Assembly: GCA_046313635.1 (NCBI GenBank) | Contig: JBKBYA010000001.1 | Coordinates: 96,001 to 160,000, forward strand | Length of the DNA stretch: 64,000 nucleotides | Source of the DNA: Pyrinomonadaceae bacterium | Lineage (GTDB): Bacteria; Acidobacteriota; Blastocatellia; Pyrinomonadales; Pyrinomonadaceae | Direction of reading: 5' to 3' | Part shown: one piece after another, positions 9,905 through 19,128 of the stretch | Layout: each line of letters begins with the position of its first letter | Numbering within the stretch: position 1 is the stretch's first letter | The notes under the pieces: model-generated | What the model saw: the letters and a program-made list of their open reading frames with translations, nothing else | Databases searched by the model: none | Told to the model about the DNA's origin: nothing | Made by a program: the position numbers and the translations under genes

Positions 9905-10032
9905 CATTTAAGCGCTCGGTCCTGCGTCTCGTTCGCGAGCCAGATTTGCCTACGTTCTCGCAGACGTCGTCCAGACCGTTCAGTGCTTAAGGTTTTCATC
10001 CGGTCAAAAGGTTTTGCTTAAAGGTATCGGTG

Positions 10033-11577
10033 ATGATGAAGCACTCCTTTGAACTCACAACCGCGCCGTCCGAAAACGTCCTTGCCCTCGCCCCTAACGA
10101 CTTGTGGGAGCGTATGCTCGAGCTTCTCAGACAGCGCCTGAGCCAGCAGATCTTTGATAACTGGTTTTCGCAGATAAAATTTGTCGGACAGGACAACGAG
10201 CAGCAGACCGTAGGACTCGCGGGCGGTCCGATCGTCATCGAGTGGATCAAGAGCTACTACGGCGAGATGCTCGACCAGATGCTCACCGAGCTTGGCCTCA
10301 AAGGCTATCGCATTACATGGCAGACGAGCGAGGCCGAAGTCCCGGAGTCTGAGAACGAGTTTTCGCAGCCTGCCGGCGCGCTGTCGGACGCCGCGGACGA
10401 AGAATTGATCTTTACGCCCACGCGCCTGACCTCCTTCGGCGTCGAAAGCTCGCCGCCGGCGGCGGTCACGAGCGCGGCTGCGGCAGCCCCCGCCTTGTCG
10501 CCCAGCCCGCAGACGGCGGCCAAGGCGATCGATTTCTCGGGCGGCGACCCGATCGAGAGCTCGCTTAATCCGAAATACACTTTTGAAAAATTCGTCGTCG
10601 GCACCTGCAACCAATTTGCTCACGCGGCGGCCAAGGCGACGGCCGAGCTGCCGGGCAAGACGTACAATCCGCTTTTCATCTACGGCGGCGTCGGTCTCGG
10701 CAAGACGCATCTGATGCACGCCATCGGGCACTGCATCAAGCAGCAGGACCGTCACAAACGCGTCGCTTACATCACAAGCGAAAAATTCATGAACGAGCTG
10801 ATCAACGCGATTCGCTACGACCGCACGCAGGCCTTTCGCGACAAGTATCGGTCGATCGACGTGCTTTTGATGGACGACGTGCAGTTCATGGCGGGCAAGG
10901 AGCGCACGCAGGAGGAGTTCTTTCACACCTTCAACGCGCTGCACAACGGTCAGAAGCAGATCGTCATCTCGAGCGACTGTCCGCCGCGCGAGATCCCGAC
11001 CTTGGAAGAGAGACTTCACTCGCGGTTCGAATGGGGCCTGATCGCCGACATCGAGCCGCCCGATCTCGAAACAAAGGTCGCCATTCTCAAACGCAAGGCC
11101 GACCTCGACGGTATCTATCTTCCCGACGATATCGCCATCTTTATCGCCAGCAAGATCAAGAGCAATGTGCGCGAGCTCGAGGGATCGCTGGTGCGTCTGG
11201 TGGCGATCTCAAGCCTCCGCGGCGTTCCGATCTCGAAGATGCTGGCTCAGGATGCCCTTAAAAACATCATCGATGCGGAACGCCCCGAGGGGCTTACTAT
11301 CGAGCGGATCTCACGCACGGTCGCCTCGCACTATAAGATGACCGTCGACGAGCTCAAATCAAAAAACAACTCGCGAGCCGTAGCCTTTCCGCGGCAGGTC
11401 GCGATGTACCTGTGCAAGCGGCTGACAAAATCGAGCTTTCCCGAGATCGGCCGCGAGTTTGGCGGCAAGCATCACACGACCGTCATGCACTCGGTCGACA
11501 AGATCGAACAGCTGCAAAAGGAAGATCGCAATTTCCACAGAGTCATCAGCGAACTTATCGACAGTCTTTGCAGCTAG
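10033..11577 (+). CDS. dnaA: Chromosomal replication initiator DnaA
   Basis: YNPLFIYGGVGLGKTHL, DDVQF, QEEFFHTFN, RFEWGL, domain IV HTTV. Confidence 0.99.
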   Translation: MMKHSFELTTAPSENVLALAPNDLWERMLELLRQRLSQQIFDNWFSQIKFVGQDNEQQTVGLAGGPIVIEWIKSYYGEMLDQMLTELGLKGYRITWQTSEAEVPESENEFSQPAGALSDAADEELIFTPTRLTSFGVESSPPAAVTSAAAAAPALSPSPQTAAKAIDFSGGDPIESSLNPKYTFEKFVVGTCNQFAHAAAKATAELPGKTYNPLFIYGGVGLGKTHLMHAIGHCIKQQDRHKRVAYITSEKFMNELINAIRYDRTQAFRDKYRSIDVLLMDDVQFMAGKERTQEEFFHTFNALHNGQKQIVISSDCPPREIPTLEERLHSRFEWGLIADIEPPDLETKVAILKRKADLDGIYLPDDIAIFIASKIKSNVRELEGSLVRLVAISSLRGVPISKMLAQDALKNIIDAERPEGLTIERISRTVASHYKMTVDELKSKNNSRAVAFPRQVAMYLCKRLTKSSFPEIGREFGGKHHTTVMHSVDKIEQLQKEDRNFHRVISELIDSLCS

Positions 11578-11678
11578 TTACGCCGCGGCCTCAGATGCTG
11601 GCGGTGAGAGCGTAATTCACATCATCCAGTTTCGAGGCGGCCGGGCAAGACGTTTGATCTCAGTTATTTGACAGTCGA

Positions 11679-11912
11679 GTTTCCACAATTCCACAAGCCT
11701 GTATCGGATCGGGCTGTGGAGCGGCGGTGGAAAAGAATCGAGGGAAAAAGGCGTCCACAGGCGGCACTTGATTTCCACAGATTTTCCACACTTTAATGTG
11801 AATCCTCGACCGCGATAAATACAGGGCGAAACGCATTTTCGCACAGTTTCACAGGCCCTATTACTGGTACTAAGGTTCTACATAGATTTGAAATTTAGTT
11901 TGAGAATTAAAA
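11679..11912. promoter_or_regulatory. oriC between dnaA and dnaN
   Basis: About 8 TTTCCACA-type boxes, then TTTCACAG-GCCC-TAT TAC TGG TAC TAA (DnaA-trio-like) and an AT-rich unwinding element. Confidence 0.85.
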
Positions 11913-11967
11913 CGGCTTCGCCGTCTCAGATCTCAGACGCGAAAGAGTCAGGAGCAATCAAACCGAA

Positions 11968-13224
11968 ATGGAATTCACCATCAAGCAGAGCACACTCAAG
12001 GACGAGCTGAACTACATCGCCGGCGTCGTCGAGCGCAAGGCGACGATCCCTGTACTGTCCAACATCCTCATCGAGTCGATCGGCGAGAACGAGATCCGCA
12101 TCGTCGGTACCGATCTCGACTGTACGATGCGGTGCGACGTCGAGGCCGACATCAAGGAGACCGGTGCGATCTGCATCCAGGCCCGCAAGCTTTTTGACAT
12201 CGTGCGGGCGCTGCCCTCGACGGCCGACCTGCACTTCAAACGCGAGGACAACCAGTGGGTGACGCTCAAGGCCGGCCGCTCGCGGTTTCGCCTCGCCGGC
12301 GTGAGCAAGGAGCAGTTCCCCGAGATACCGCAATTCAAGGCGACCAATCTCAAACTGCCGGCCGAGACGTTTGCCTACTTCATCCAGAACACCGCCTTTG
12401 CGATCACGGCCGAGCAGTCGCGGTTCACGCTCTCGGGTGCGAAGTTCGTCGTCGGCGACGGCAAGGCCCTGATGGTCGCGACCGACGGCCACCGTCTCGC
12501 ATACATCGAGCGAGAGGCCGCGGCCGATGCCGGCTCGATCGACACGCTCATCCCGCGCAAAGCGCTGCTCGAGCTCTCAAAGCTCGCACGCGACTCGCGC
12601 TCGGGCGAGATCTCGTTTGGCGAGGACCAGAATCATCTCTACTTCCAGACCGCCGACGGCCGCCTTTTGATCACGCGAAAGCTCACCGGGCAGTTCCCAA
12701 ACTACGAGATGGTGATGCCCAAGGAGACCAAAAACACCGTCACATTCGAGCTCGACGAGATGCGCGACGCCGTTCGCCGCATCTCTCTGATGGCCGACGA
12801 ACGCCAGCGCTCGATCCGCATCACGGTCCGCGAAGGCGAGGTCGAGATCAACGCCCGATCCAGCGAAGAGGGCGAGGGCGTCGAGACCATCCCTGCCGAT
12901 TACAAGGGCGAAGAGACGACCCTCGGATTTAACTGGCAGTACCTGATGGAATTTCTGAATAACGTCGGCGCGCTGGAAAGTTCGGGGTTAAGCGTTCAGA
13001 GTTCAGCGTCGAATAGCGATGAAGAAGCTGATGCCGCAAATCAAACGCGGAGCTCGGAACCCGGGACCCAGAACTCGGCCGCGGCCGCCGCTCCCGCAAA
13101 AGAGCCGCCGGCACCCAAACGCATCTCGTTCGAGTTCAACGACGCCAACGCCGCCACCCAAATGCGCATCGCCGGCGAGACCGTCTACAACTACAAGTAC
13201 ATCGTCATGCCGCTGCGCATATGA
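11968..13224 (+). CDS. dnaN: DNA polymerase III beta clamp with a roughly 45-aa C-terminal-domain insertion
   Basis: IPVLSNILI, GTDLD, VATDGHRL, GQFPNYE, GFN..YL, IVMPLRI. Confidence 0.97.
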   Translation: MEFTIKQSTLKDELNYIAGVVERKATIPVLSNILIESIGENEIRIVGTDLDCTMRCDVEADIKETGAICIQARKLFDIVRALPSTADLHFKREDNQWVTLKAGRSRFRLAGVSKEQFPEIPQFKATNLKLPAETFAYFIQNTAFAITAEQSRFTLSGAKFVVGDGKALMVATDGHRLAYIEREAAADAGSIDTLIPRKALLELSKLARDSRSGEISFGEDQNHLYFQTADGRLLITRKLTGQFPNYEMVMPKETKNTVTFELDEMRDAVRRISLMADERQRSIRITVREGEVEINARSSEEGEGVETIPADYKGEETTLGFNWQYLMEFLNNVGALESSGLSVQSSASNSDEEADAANQTRSSEPGTQNSAAAAAPAKEPPAPKRISFEFNDANAATQMRIAGETVYNYKYIVMPLRI

Positions 13225-13339
13225 TCGCGGCGGTCGGGCAGGCCGCAACGGCCTGCCAAGCTGATCAAAGCGTCGAGCCGGCGGCCCGAGAAGGTCGCCG
13301 GCCTCCCCTAAAAACCGAACGCTGCCAATTCCCCGCACA

Positions 13340-14152
13340 ATGGCCAAGATCACCGTTCTCAGCAAAGACGTCACCGTCCAGTCCGTCAATGATCAGGACT
13401 TCATTTCCCTGACCGACATCGCGAGGTACAAGGACAGCGAACGCACCGACTACCTCATCATGAATTGGCTGCGCAGCCGCAGCACGATCGAGTTCCTAGG
13501 TATCTGGGAACAGCTCAACAATCCCGATTTTAATCCCATCGAATTCGATGGGATTAGAAATCAGTCAGGACTCAACAGCTTCATACTCACCGTCAAACAG
13601 TGGGTCGACAAAACCTCCGCCATCGGCATCGTCTCAAAACCCGGCCGCTACGGCGGGACGTTTGCTCACAAGGACATTGCATTTGAATTTGCGAGCTGGA
13701 TCTCGGTCGAATTCAAGCTCTACCTCATCAAGGAATTTCAAAGACTCAAAGAGATCGAGCAGCAGCGCACCGGCTGGGACATCAGGCGCAACCTCGCAAA
13801 GATCAATTACCGTATCCATACGGACGCCGTAAAAGCCAATCTCATCCCGCCGCGTCTGTCGCGGCAGCAGACCAACATGGTCTACGCATCCGAAGCAGAT
13901 GTCCTCAACATGGCGCTCTTTGGCATGACCGCCAAAGAGTGGCGTGACCGCAATCCAAAGGCAAAAGGAAATATTCGCGATCAGGCAAACGCGTCTCAGC
14001 TCGTCTGCCTCGCCAATCTCGAGAGCCTCAACGCCGCGATGATCAATGACGGCGTCCCGCAGCCGGAGCGTCTCGTTCGCCTCAACCAGATCGCGATCCA
14101 CCAGATGAGCGTGCTCGTCGACGACCCGCGGGTGCGCAGGCTTGATGAATAG
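13340..14152 (+). CDS. KilA-N domain DNA-binding protein
   Basis: DFISLTDIA, NWLRSRSTIEFLGIWE, GRYGGTFAHKDIAFEFASW. Confidence 0.88.
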   Translation: MAKITVLSKDVTVQSVNDQDFISLTDIARYKDSERTDYLIMNWLRSRSTIEFLGIWEQLNNPDFNPIEFDGIRNQSGLNSFILTVKQWVDKTSAIGIVSKPGRYGGTFAHKDIAFEFASWISVEFKLYLIKEFQRLKEIEQQRTGWDIRRNLAKINYRIHTDAVKANLIPPRLSRQQTNMVYASEADVLNMALFGMTAKEWRDRNPKAKGNIRDQANASQLVCLANLESLNAAMINDGVPQPERLVRLNQIAIHQMSVLVDDPRVRRLDE

Positions 14153-14168
14153 AGAGCGTCTGCAGAAT

Positions 14169-15374
14169 ATGCCGAGAAAATTATCGTCGCTCGTCGCCGC
14201 GTTGCTGATGGCCGCCACTGCTCACTCGACGGCGGCACAAACTGGAGCGGGCTCGTCCGCCATCGACGCCTTCGCAAAGCGCGAGATGGCCACGCGCAAT
14301 ATTCCGGGGATGTCGGTGGCCGTCGTCAAGAATGGACGTCTCGTCCTCGCCAAAGGCTACGGTCTCGCCGATCTCGAAAATCGTGTTCCCGCGACCGAGT
14401 CGACCGTTTACAGCATCGCCTCGGTGACAAAGATTTTCACGGCGATGGCGGTGATGAGGCTCGTCGAGGACGGACGCGTCTCGCTTGGCGACCCCGTAGC
14501 CAAGTACTTTCCCGAGCTGCCCGAGGCGTGGCGTGCGGTCACCATCAGGCATCTGCTCAGTCACACCTCCGGCATCCCGAGCTACACGGACAACACCGAT
14601 TCCATTCCCTGCAAGGTCGGCAAGCCGCCGAGCGAATACGAGCGCGGCGACGCGTGGAAAGAGGTCGCCTGCCTTCCGCTCACGCACCCAACCGGCACGG
14701 CTTGGAAGTACACCGAGACAGGCTTTTACCTGCTCGGGATGCTGATCGAAAAGGTGAGCGGTGCGCGGTACGGCGAATTTGTCGGGCGGTCGATCTTGTC
14801 GCCGCTAGGGTTGACGGCGACGCGCGAGATCGGCTATCGCGAGCTGATTCCGCACCGCGCGACGGGCCACGCGTTTCGCCGCGGCAAGTTTTATCTCGCT
14901 CCGCGGTTTCAGTTTGACGAGTTCTCGCTCGTGTCGAGCGTCGTCGATATGGCCCGTCTGCACGAAGCCTTTACGACCGAGCGCATCTTAAAACGCTCGA
15001 GCCTCGACGAGCTGTGGACCAATGCCCGTTTGAATGACGGCCGCGTCGTCGAGCACTACGGCCTCGGCTTTGCCCTGACGCCCTACAAGGGCCGCCGCCG
15101 CATCGGCCACAACGGCGGCGGCGGACTGGGTTTTGCCGCGTCGATCGCTCACTTCCCCGACGAAAACCTAACCGTCGTCACCCTCGCCAACGCCGACCAA
15201 CCCCAAGGCACCATCGGCGACCTCAACAATCAGATCGCGGAGATGTTCTTTAACAAATCGGAATCCGCGCGTTTATACTCCTCGGCATCCTTAAAGTTTT
15301 CTTGGCTTGTGAAAACACGGTCTGGGCCGGGCGTAGCGGGCAGACCAAGTAACAAAATTTATGACCTTAACTGA
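14169..15374 (+). CDS. Serine hydrolase, beta-lactamase/AmpC family, secreted
   Basis: SVTK (SxxK), LLSHTSG, YTE, HNG motifs; signal peptide. Confidence 0.88.
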   Translation: MPRKLSSLVAALLMAATAHSTAAQTGAGSSAIDAFAKREMATRNIPGMSVAVVKNGRLVLAKGYGLADLENRVPATESTVYSIASVTKIFTAMAVMRLVEDGRVSLGDPVAKYFPELPEAWRAVTIRHLLSHTSGIPSYTDNTDSIPCKVGKPPSEYERGDAWKEVACLPLTHPTGTAWKYTETGFYLLGMLIEKVSGARYGEFVGRSILSPLGLTATREIGYRELIPHRATGHAFRRGKFYLAPRFQFDEFSLVSSVVDMARLHEAFTTERILKRSSLDELWTNARLNDGRVVEHYGLGFALTPYKGRRRIGHNGGGGLGFAASIAHFPDENLTVVTLANADQPQGTIGDLNNQIAEMFFNKSESARLYSSASLKFSWLVKTRSGPGVAGRPSNKIYDLN

Positions 15375-15972
15375 AGCTCTATTAATTCTCGGAACCGTTG
15401 CTGGTCCGGTCTTGGCAGTCCAAGCGCAGAAATGGATTGAGCGGTCGAGAGAGGCACGCTCCCGTCGCGAGCAGGTATTCAAAATACTAATGGCAACGAG
15501 AGCCCCGGCGACCCGGCTAGGACTGGATCACGTCCAAGCTCTCAATATGATCGATATTGAGTTCAGTCCGAAGAGCTACGCCGGGGTACGAGAAGCTTGG
15601 GCGTCCTATAGAGATCACTTAACGCCGACTTCAAAGTCCGGCAGCGAGGCCGAAGCGATTGTTTGGTCTAATACTGCAGACGAGTTATTTACAAACCTGC
15701 TTTTTGAAATGGGAAAGGCACTGGAATTTAAGTTCGATAAGGTCACATTAAAACGCGGGGCATATATACCAACCGCGCTCGGCGAAACCGACAGCGATTT
15801 GAACGAAATCAGACGGTCGCTCAGATCGCTACTATCCGGCAATCATGCGCTAAAAATGGATGTCGTAAATTTTCCTGAGATGGAGGACTCTGAATCTCAG
15901 AAGCTGATATTAGATGGCATCCGTCAGCTGTTAGGCCGTGCTGACCATAAGAAAGACGATTCGGGAAACTAA
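15361..15972 (+). CDS. Hypothetical protein resembling DUF6680, lower GC
   Basis: N-terminal TM GPVLAVQAQKWIE, FKILMATRA, VQALNMIDIEF; family name from memory. Confidence 0.7.
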   Translation: MTLTEALLILGTVAGPVLAVQAQKWIERSREARSRREQVFKILMATRAPATRLGLDHVQALNMIDIEFSPKSYAGVREAWASYRDHLTPTSKSGSEAEAIVWSNTADELFTNLLFEMGKALEFKFDKVTLKRGAYIPTALGETDSDLNEIRRSLRSLLSGNHALKMDVVNFPEMEDSESQKLILDGIRQLLGRADHKKDDSGN

Positions 15973-16300
15973 TGTCTTACAACTAGGGGGGCTGAGTCGG
16001 CCGTTTTTTGTTTGGGGCTTCGGGACGTGATGGATCGTCTCTAGGCCCCGAGTTGTATCAGGCGTTGATCGTGGCCGAGGATGCGTCGCTTCGCGGGGGG
16101 GGCTTTGGTCGGTCGCGCGTTGGCCGGCGAGGCAGGCGCAGCAGGAGCTTCGCGAATTATCCAGGCAGAAGCTCCGCAAGCTCGCGGAATTATCGGGCCG
16201 AGAGAGCGATTTATACGGCGAATGCGTCGGAGTGCCGATAAATAAAGGCTTCTAAAACATTTCGCGAGGGCTTTTGCGACGTTTTGGAGGCGAAGATCGG

Positions 16301-16595
16301 ATGTATCAGAGCGACGATACATCTTCAGACGGCCTTGCGTAAATGTATCATCGCGGCGATACATTTACGGATACGGAATATTAAATGTATCAATATGCTG
16401 ATACGAAAAACTATCGCCGACTGAAAATGTATCAGCGGCCCGATACATCGACGGACGACAATAATTAAATGTATCAAGAAGCTGATACAAAAAATTATTG
16501 TTAACTGAAAATGTATCGGCTAATTGATACATTTTGTCGACGCTGCGATACATCTCCAGAAGCAGAAAATTACTTGTATCGACACGCTGATACAT
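16301..16595. repeat. Array of 8 palindromes ATGTATC-N8-GATACAT with 42-bp period and 20-nt variable linkers
   Basis: Units start at 16301, 16343, 16385, 16427, 16469, 16511, 16532 (degenerate), 16574. Confidence 0.93.
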
Positions 16596-16672
16596 CGTAA
16601 AATCCCGACCCGCAGCAGTTTTTCGGGCCCCCGACGGCCTCACATTCCGGACCGAAAAGGAGTTTCCCCCTT

Positions 16673-17380
16673 ATGCGCCCCGATCAGCGTTGGTTTCCGA
16701 CGAGTCGCACAGAGCGTGCGGCGTGGTTTCAGAATTTTGCGAACGAGTTTGCCAGGGTGGCGATCGATCTCGGCTTTACGCAGGCCGACATCGACGCCGT
16801 CAACGCAGACAACGACGTCATTCAATATCTCCAGCGGCAGCTTATCTCGGTGAAGGCGTACCTCACGGCCCTGCAGACCTTTGACCGCGAGATAACGCAC
16901 GGCAAAAGGAGCGACGCAGTCAGACCGGTGCCGGAGCTGCCGCCGATGCCGGTGCCGGCGGTCGCGACGGCCGGCATCTTTGAGCGGCTCGAGCGGCTCG
17001 TCAGGCGGATCAGGACGATGCCGAAATACACGCACGCGACCGGAGCTCTGCTCGGCATCATTCCGCGCAAGCCCGACGCCGCGGCGATGCTGCCCGAGCG
17101 GCCAAAGAATTTTGTCGCAAAGCCGCTCCCCGCCGGTTACGGCTTTAAGGTATCGGTCTCGCGTCTGGGATATCCGTCGTTCATCATCGAGATCAGGCGG
17201 CAGGGCGAGGCCGAGTGGACCTACCTGGCAACGTGTGTCGGCACCAACTCGATCCGCTGCAGTGTCGAGCCGCTCGCTCCCGGCAAGCCTGAGCTTATTC
17301 ACGTCCGCACAAGAATGTGCAAGGGCAACGACCCCGTCGGCCAATACTCCGACGCACAGGTCCTCACGCTCACGCCGTGA
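16673..17380 (+). CDS. Uncharacterised protein: helical N-terminal domain, Pro-rich linker, probable Ig/Fn3-like C-terminal domain
   Basis: 235-aa ORF, AAAGGAG upstream; GIFERLERLVRRIR..YT...G.LLGI then beta-rich tail ending PVGQYSD. Confidence 0.75.
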   Translation: MRPDQRWFPTSRTERAAWFQNFANEFARVAIDLGFTQADIDAVNADNDVIQYLQRQLISVKAYLTALQTFDREITHGKRSDAVRPVPELPPMPVPAVATAGIFERLERLVRRIRTMPKYTHATGALLGIIPRKPDAAAMLPERPKNFVAKPLPAGYGFKVSVSRLGYPSFIIEIRRQGEAEWTYLATCVGTNSIRCSVEPLAPGKPELIHVRTRMCKGNDPVGQYSDAQVLTLTP

Positions 17381-17382
17381 CT

Positions 17383-17591
17383 GCAAAAGCCCGCACGCGA
17401 GTAAGGGCGGTACGCTGCGCAAGCCCGCACGCGAGTAAGGGCGGTACAGCCATCAGTTTTCGAACGGCATTCGGCGAGAGTTTTTCGCGATGGGAGCAGC
17501 TAAGATCCGAGGGTTGGTATCGCCCTTACTCGGGTGCGGGCTTTTGCGAGTGATCTGAGAGTATCGCCCATACCCGGGTGCGGGCTTTTGC
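17383..17591. repeat. REP-like cluster: two direct and two inverted copies of AAGCCCGCACGCGAGTAAGGGCGGTAC
   Basis: Copies at 17383-17413 and 17421-17447; inverted at 17517-17547 and 17561-17591. Confidence 0.85.
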
Positions 17592-17673
17592 CCGCTGCGT
17601 CTCGGGGCGCGGCCATCGTTCTATCTGGCCGAAAGCGGCGACGGCGGGTTTGGCCGCGATGTACCTGCAGACA

Positions 17674-17970
17674 TTAAATAACGAGGTTGTAGACGGCGAT
17701 CTCGGCGTCGCGTTGGAGGAGGCCTTCGAGCGCGGCGCGGCCGGTCTGGATGTGCGGCGAGCGGGCGTGCTCGTCGAGCGCTGGCTTGCTCGTCCATTCC
17801 TCGACAAATGTGAAGTCGGTCGGGTCGCCGGCGTTTTGAAGAAGCTCGTACGTGATGCAGCCGTACTCTCTGCGAGTCGGGCCGACCATTTCGCTCAAGA
17901 TGCGTTTGACGTCCTCGACACGGTCGGGTCTAGCGGCAAAGCGTGCGACGACGCGGATGTGTTCGCTCAT
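17674..17970 (-). CDS. ABM-family (putative quinol) monooxygenase
   Basis: PTRREYGCITYEL, FTFVEEW, H..SPH. Confidence 0.85.
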   Translation of the reverse strand: MSEHIRVVARFAARPDRVEDVKRILSEMVGPTRREYGCITYELLQNAGDPTDFTFVEEWTSKPALDEHARSPHIQTGRAALEGLLQRDAEIAVYNLVI

Positions 17971-17973
17971 TTT

Positions 17974-18777
17974 TTAGATTATCGTCGTTACGATCTCGCG
18001 GATGCTGCGCTGGAGTTCGCGGTCGTCGGTGATGGGCGAGCAGATCGCGACGTCCGCCGCCTGAATGGGCGGGATGCCTTTGGCGATCATCTGCGCGGCG
18101 TAAATGAGGAGGCGTGTCGAGACGCCCTCTTCGAGACCGTGGCCGCGGAGGTTGCGCACCTTTTGGCCGATCTTGACGAGGTCGGCCGCCCTTTCCTTGT
18201 CGATGCCGCCTTCCTTTGCGACGATCTCGGTCTCGGCGTCGGCGTTCGGGTAGTCGAATTCCATCGCGACAAAGCGCTGGCGCGTCGACTGCTTTAGGTC
18301 TTTGAGAATCGACTGGTAGCCGGGATTGTACGAGACGACGAGCATGAACTCGGGCGGTGCGTCGAGCACCGTGCCGCGCTTCTCGATCGGCAGGCGGCGG
18401 CGGTCGTCGGTCAGCGGGTGAATGATGACGACCGTATCCTTGCGCGCCTCGACGACCTCGTCGAGATAGCAGATCGCACCGGCGCGCACCGCGGCCGTCA
18501 AAGGGCCGTCGTGCCAGACGGTCTCTTCGCCCTCGAGCAAAAAGCGTCCGACGAGATCGGTCGACGAGAGGTCCTCATGACACGCGACCGTGATGAGCGG
18601 ACGGCCGAGACGCCAGGCCATGTATTCGACAAAGCGCGTCTTGCCGCAGCCGGTCGGGCCTTTTAACATCGCCGGCAGCTTCGCCGCGTACGCCGCCTCA
18701 AACAGCTCGACCTCGTGACCGATCGGCAGGTAATAGGGTTCGTTGGCTACCTTGTACTTCTCGACTGCTAATTCCAT
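17974..18777 (-). CDS. CbbQ/NirQ/NorQ family AAA+ ATPase
   Basis: [39 protein letters not shown]. Confidence 0.92.
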   Translation of the reverse strand: MELAVEKYKVANEPYYLPIGHEVELFEAAYAAKLPAMLKGPTGCGKTRFVEYMAWRLGRPLITVACHEDLSSTDLVGRFLLEGEETVWHDGPLTAAVRAGAICYLDEVVEARKDTVVIIHPLTDDRRRLPIEKRGTVLDAPPEFMLVVSYNPGYQSILKDLKQSTRQRFVAMEFDYPNADAETEIVAKEGGIDKERAADLVKIGQKVRNLRGHGLEEGVSTRLLIYAAQMIAKGIPPIQAADVAICSPITDDRELQRSIREIVTTII

Positions 18778-18786
18778 CTACAAGTG

Positions 18787-19128
18787 AATGGTAAATGGTA
18801 AATGGTAAATGGTAAAAGAGCGGTGAAGTGCAAAGTGTGAGCGATGAGCGGCGAGGAGGAATGGTAAGCGGTAAGCGGTAAATGGTAAATGAGGAATCGG
18901 GCGAGGAGAACGGTAAGCGGTAAATGGTAAATGAGGAATCGGGCGAGGAGAACGGTAAGTGGTAAGTGGTAAGTGGTAAATGGTAAGTGGTAAATGGTAA
19001 GTGGTAAATGGTAAGTGAGGTTTGAAGTTGCCTTTTACGATTCTCGATTCACGATCTACACAACTCTCTTCATTTACCATTTACCGTTTACCATTTACCG
19101 TTCCCCGTCTACCGCTCTCCACTCACCG
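18787..19128. repeat. Large inverted heptamer-repeat element
   Basis: (GGTAAAT/GGTAAGT)n 18787-19016; (ATTTACC)n 19071-19128; internal 42-bp tandem duplication. Confidence 0.9.

Noticed and set aside
10018..11019. 333-aa ORF antisense to dnaA and similar long shadow ORFs (e.g. 21210-22271, 26374-27540, 36847-38052)
   Set aside because: Typical antisense open frames of high-GC coding DNA with no independent motifs
14169..15374. Bona fide beta-lactam resistance gene
   Set aside because: Motifs only support the broad serine hydrolase family
16301..16595. CRISPR array
   Set aside because: Repeat cores vary, linkers are only 20 nt and related to each other, and there are no cas genes; reported as a different array type
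16041..16643. Minus-strand ORFs with MYxxxDT repeats as real proteins
   Set aside because: The motif follows from the DNA palindrome and appears on both strands; the frame is broken by a stop at 16365; not fully excluded
17974..18777. Nitric oxide reductase or Rubisco activase operon
   Set aside because: NorQ/CbbQ-family ATPase lacks adjacent norCB, norD/cbbO or rbc genes, so function is not assignable
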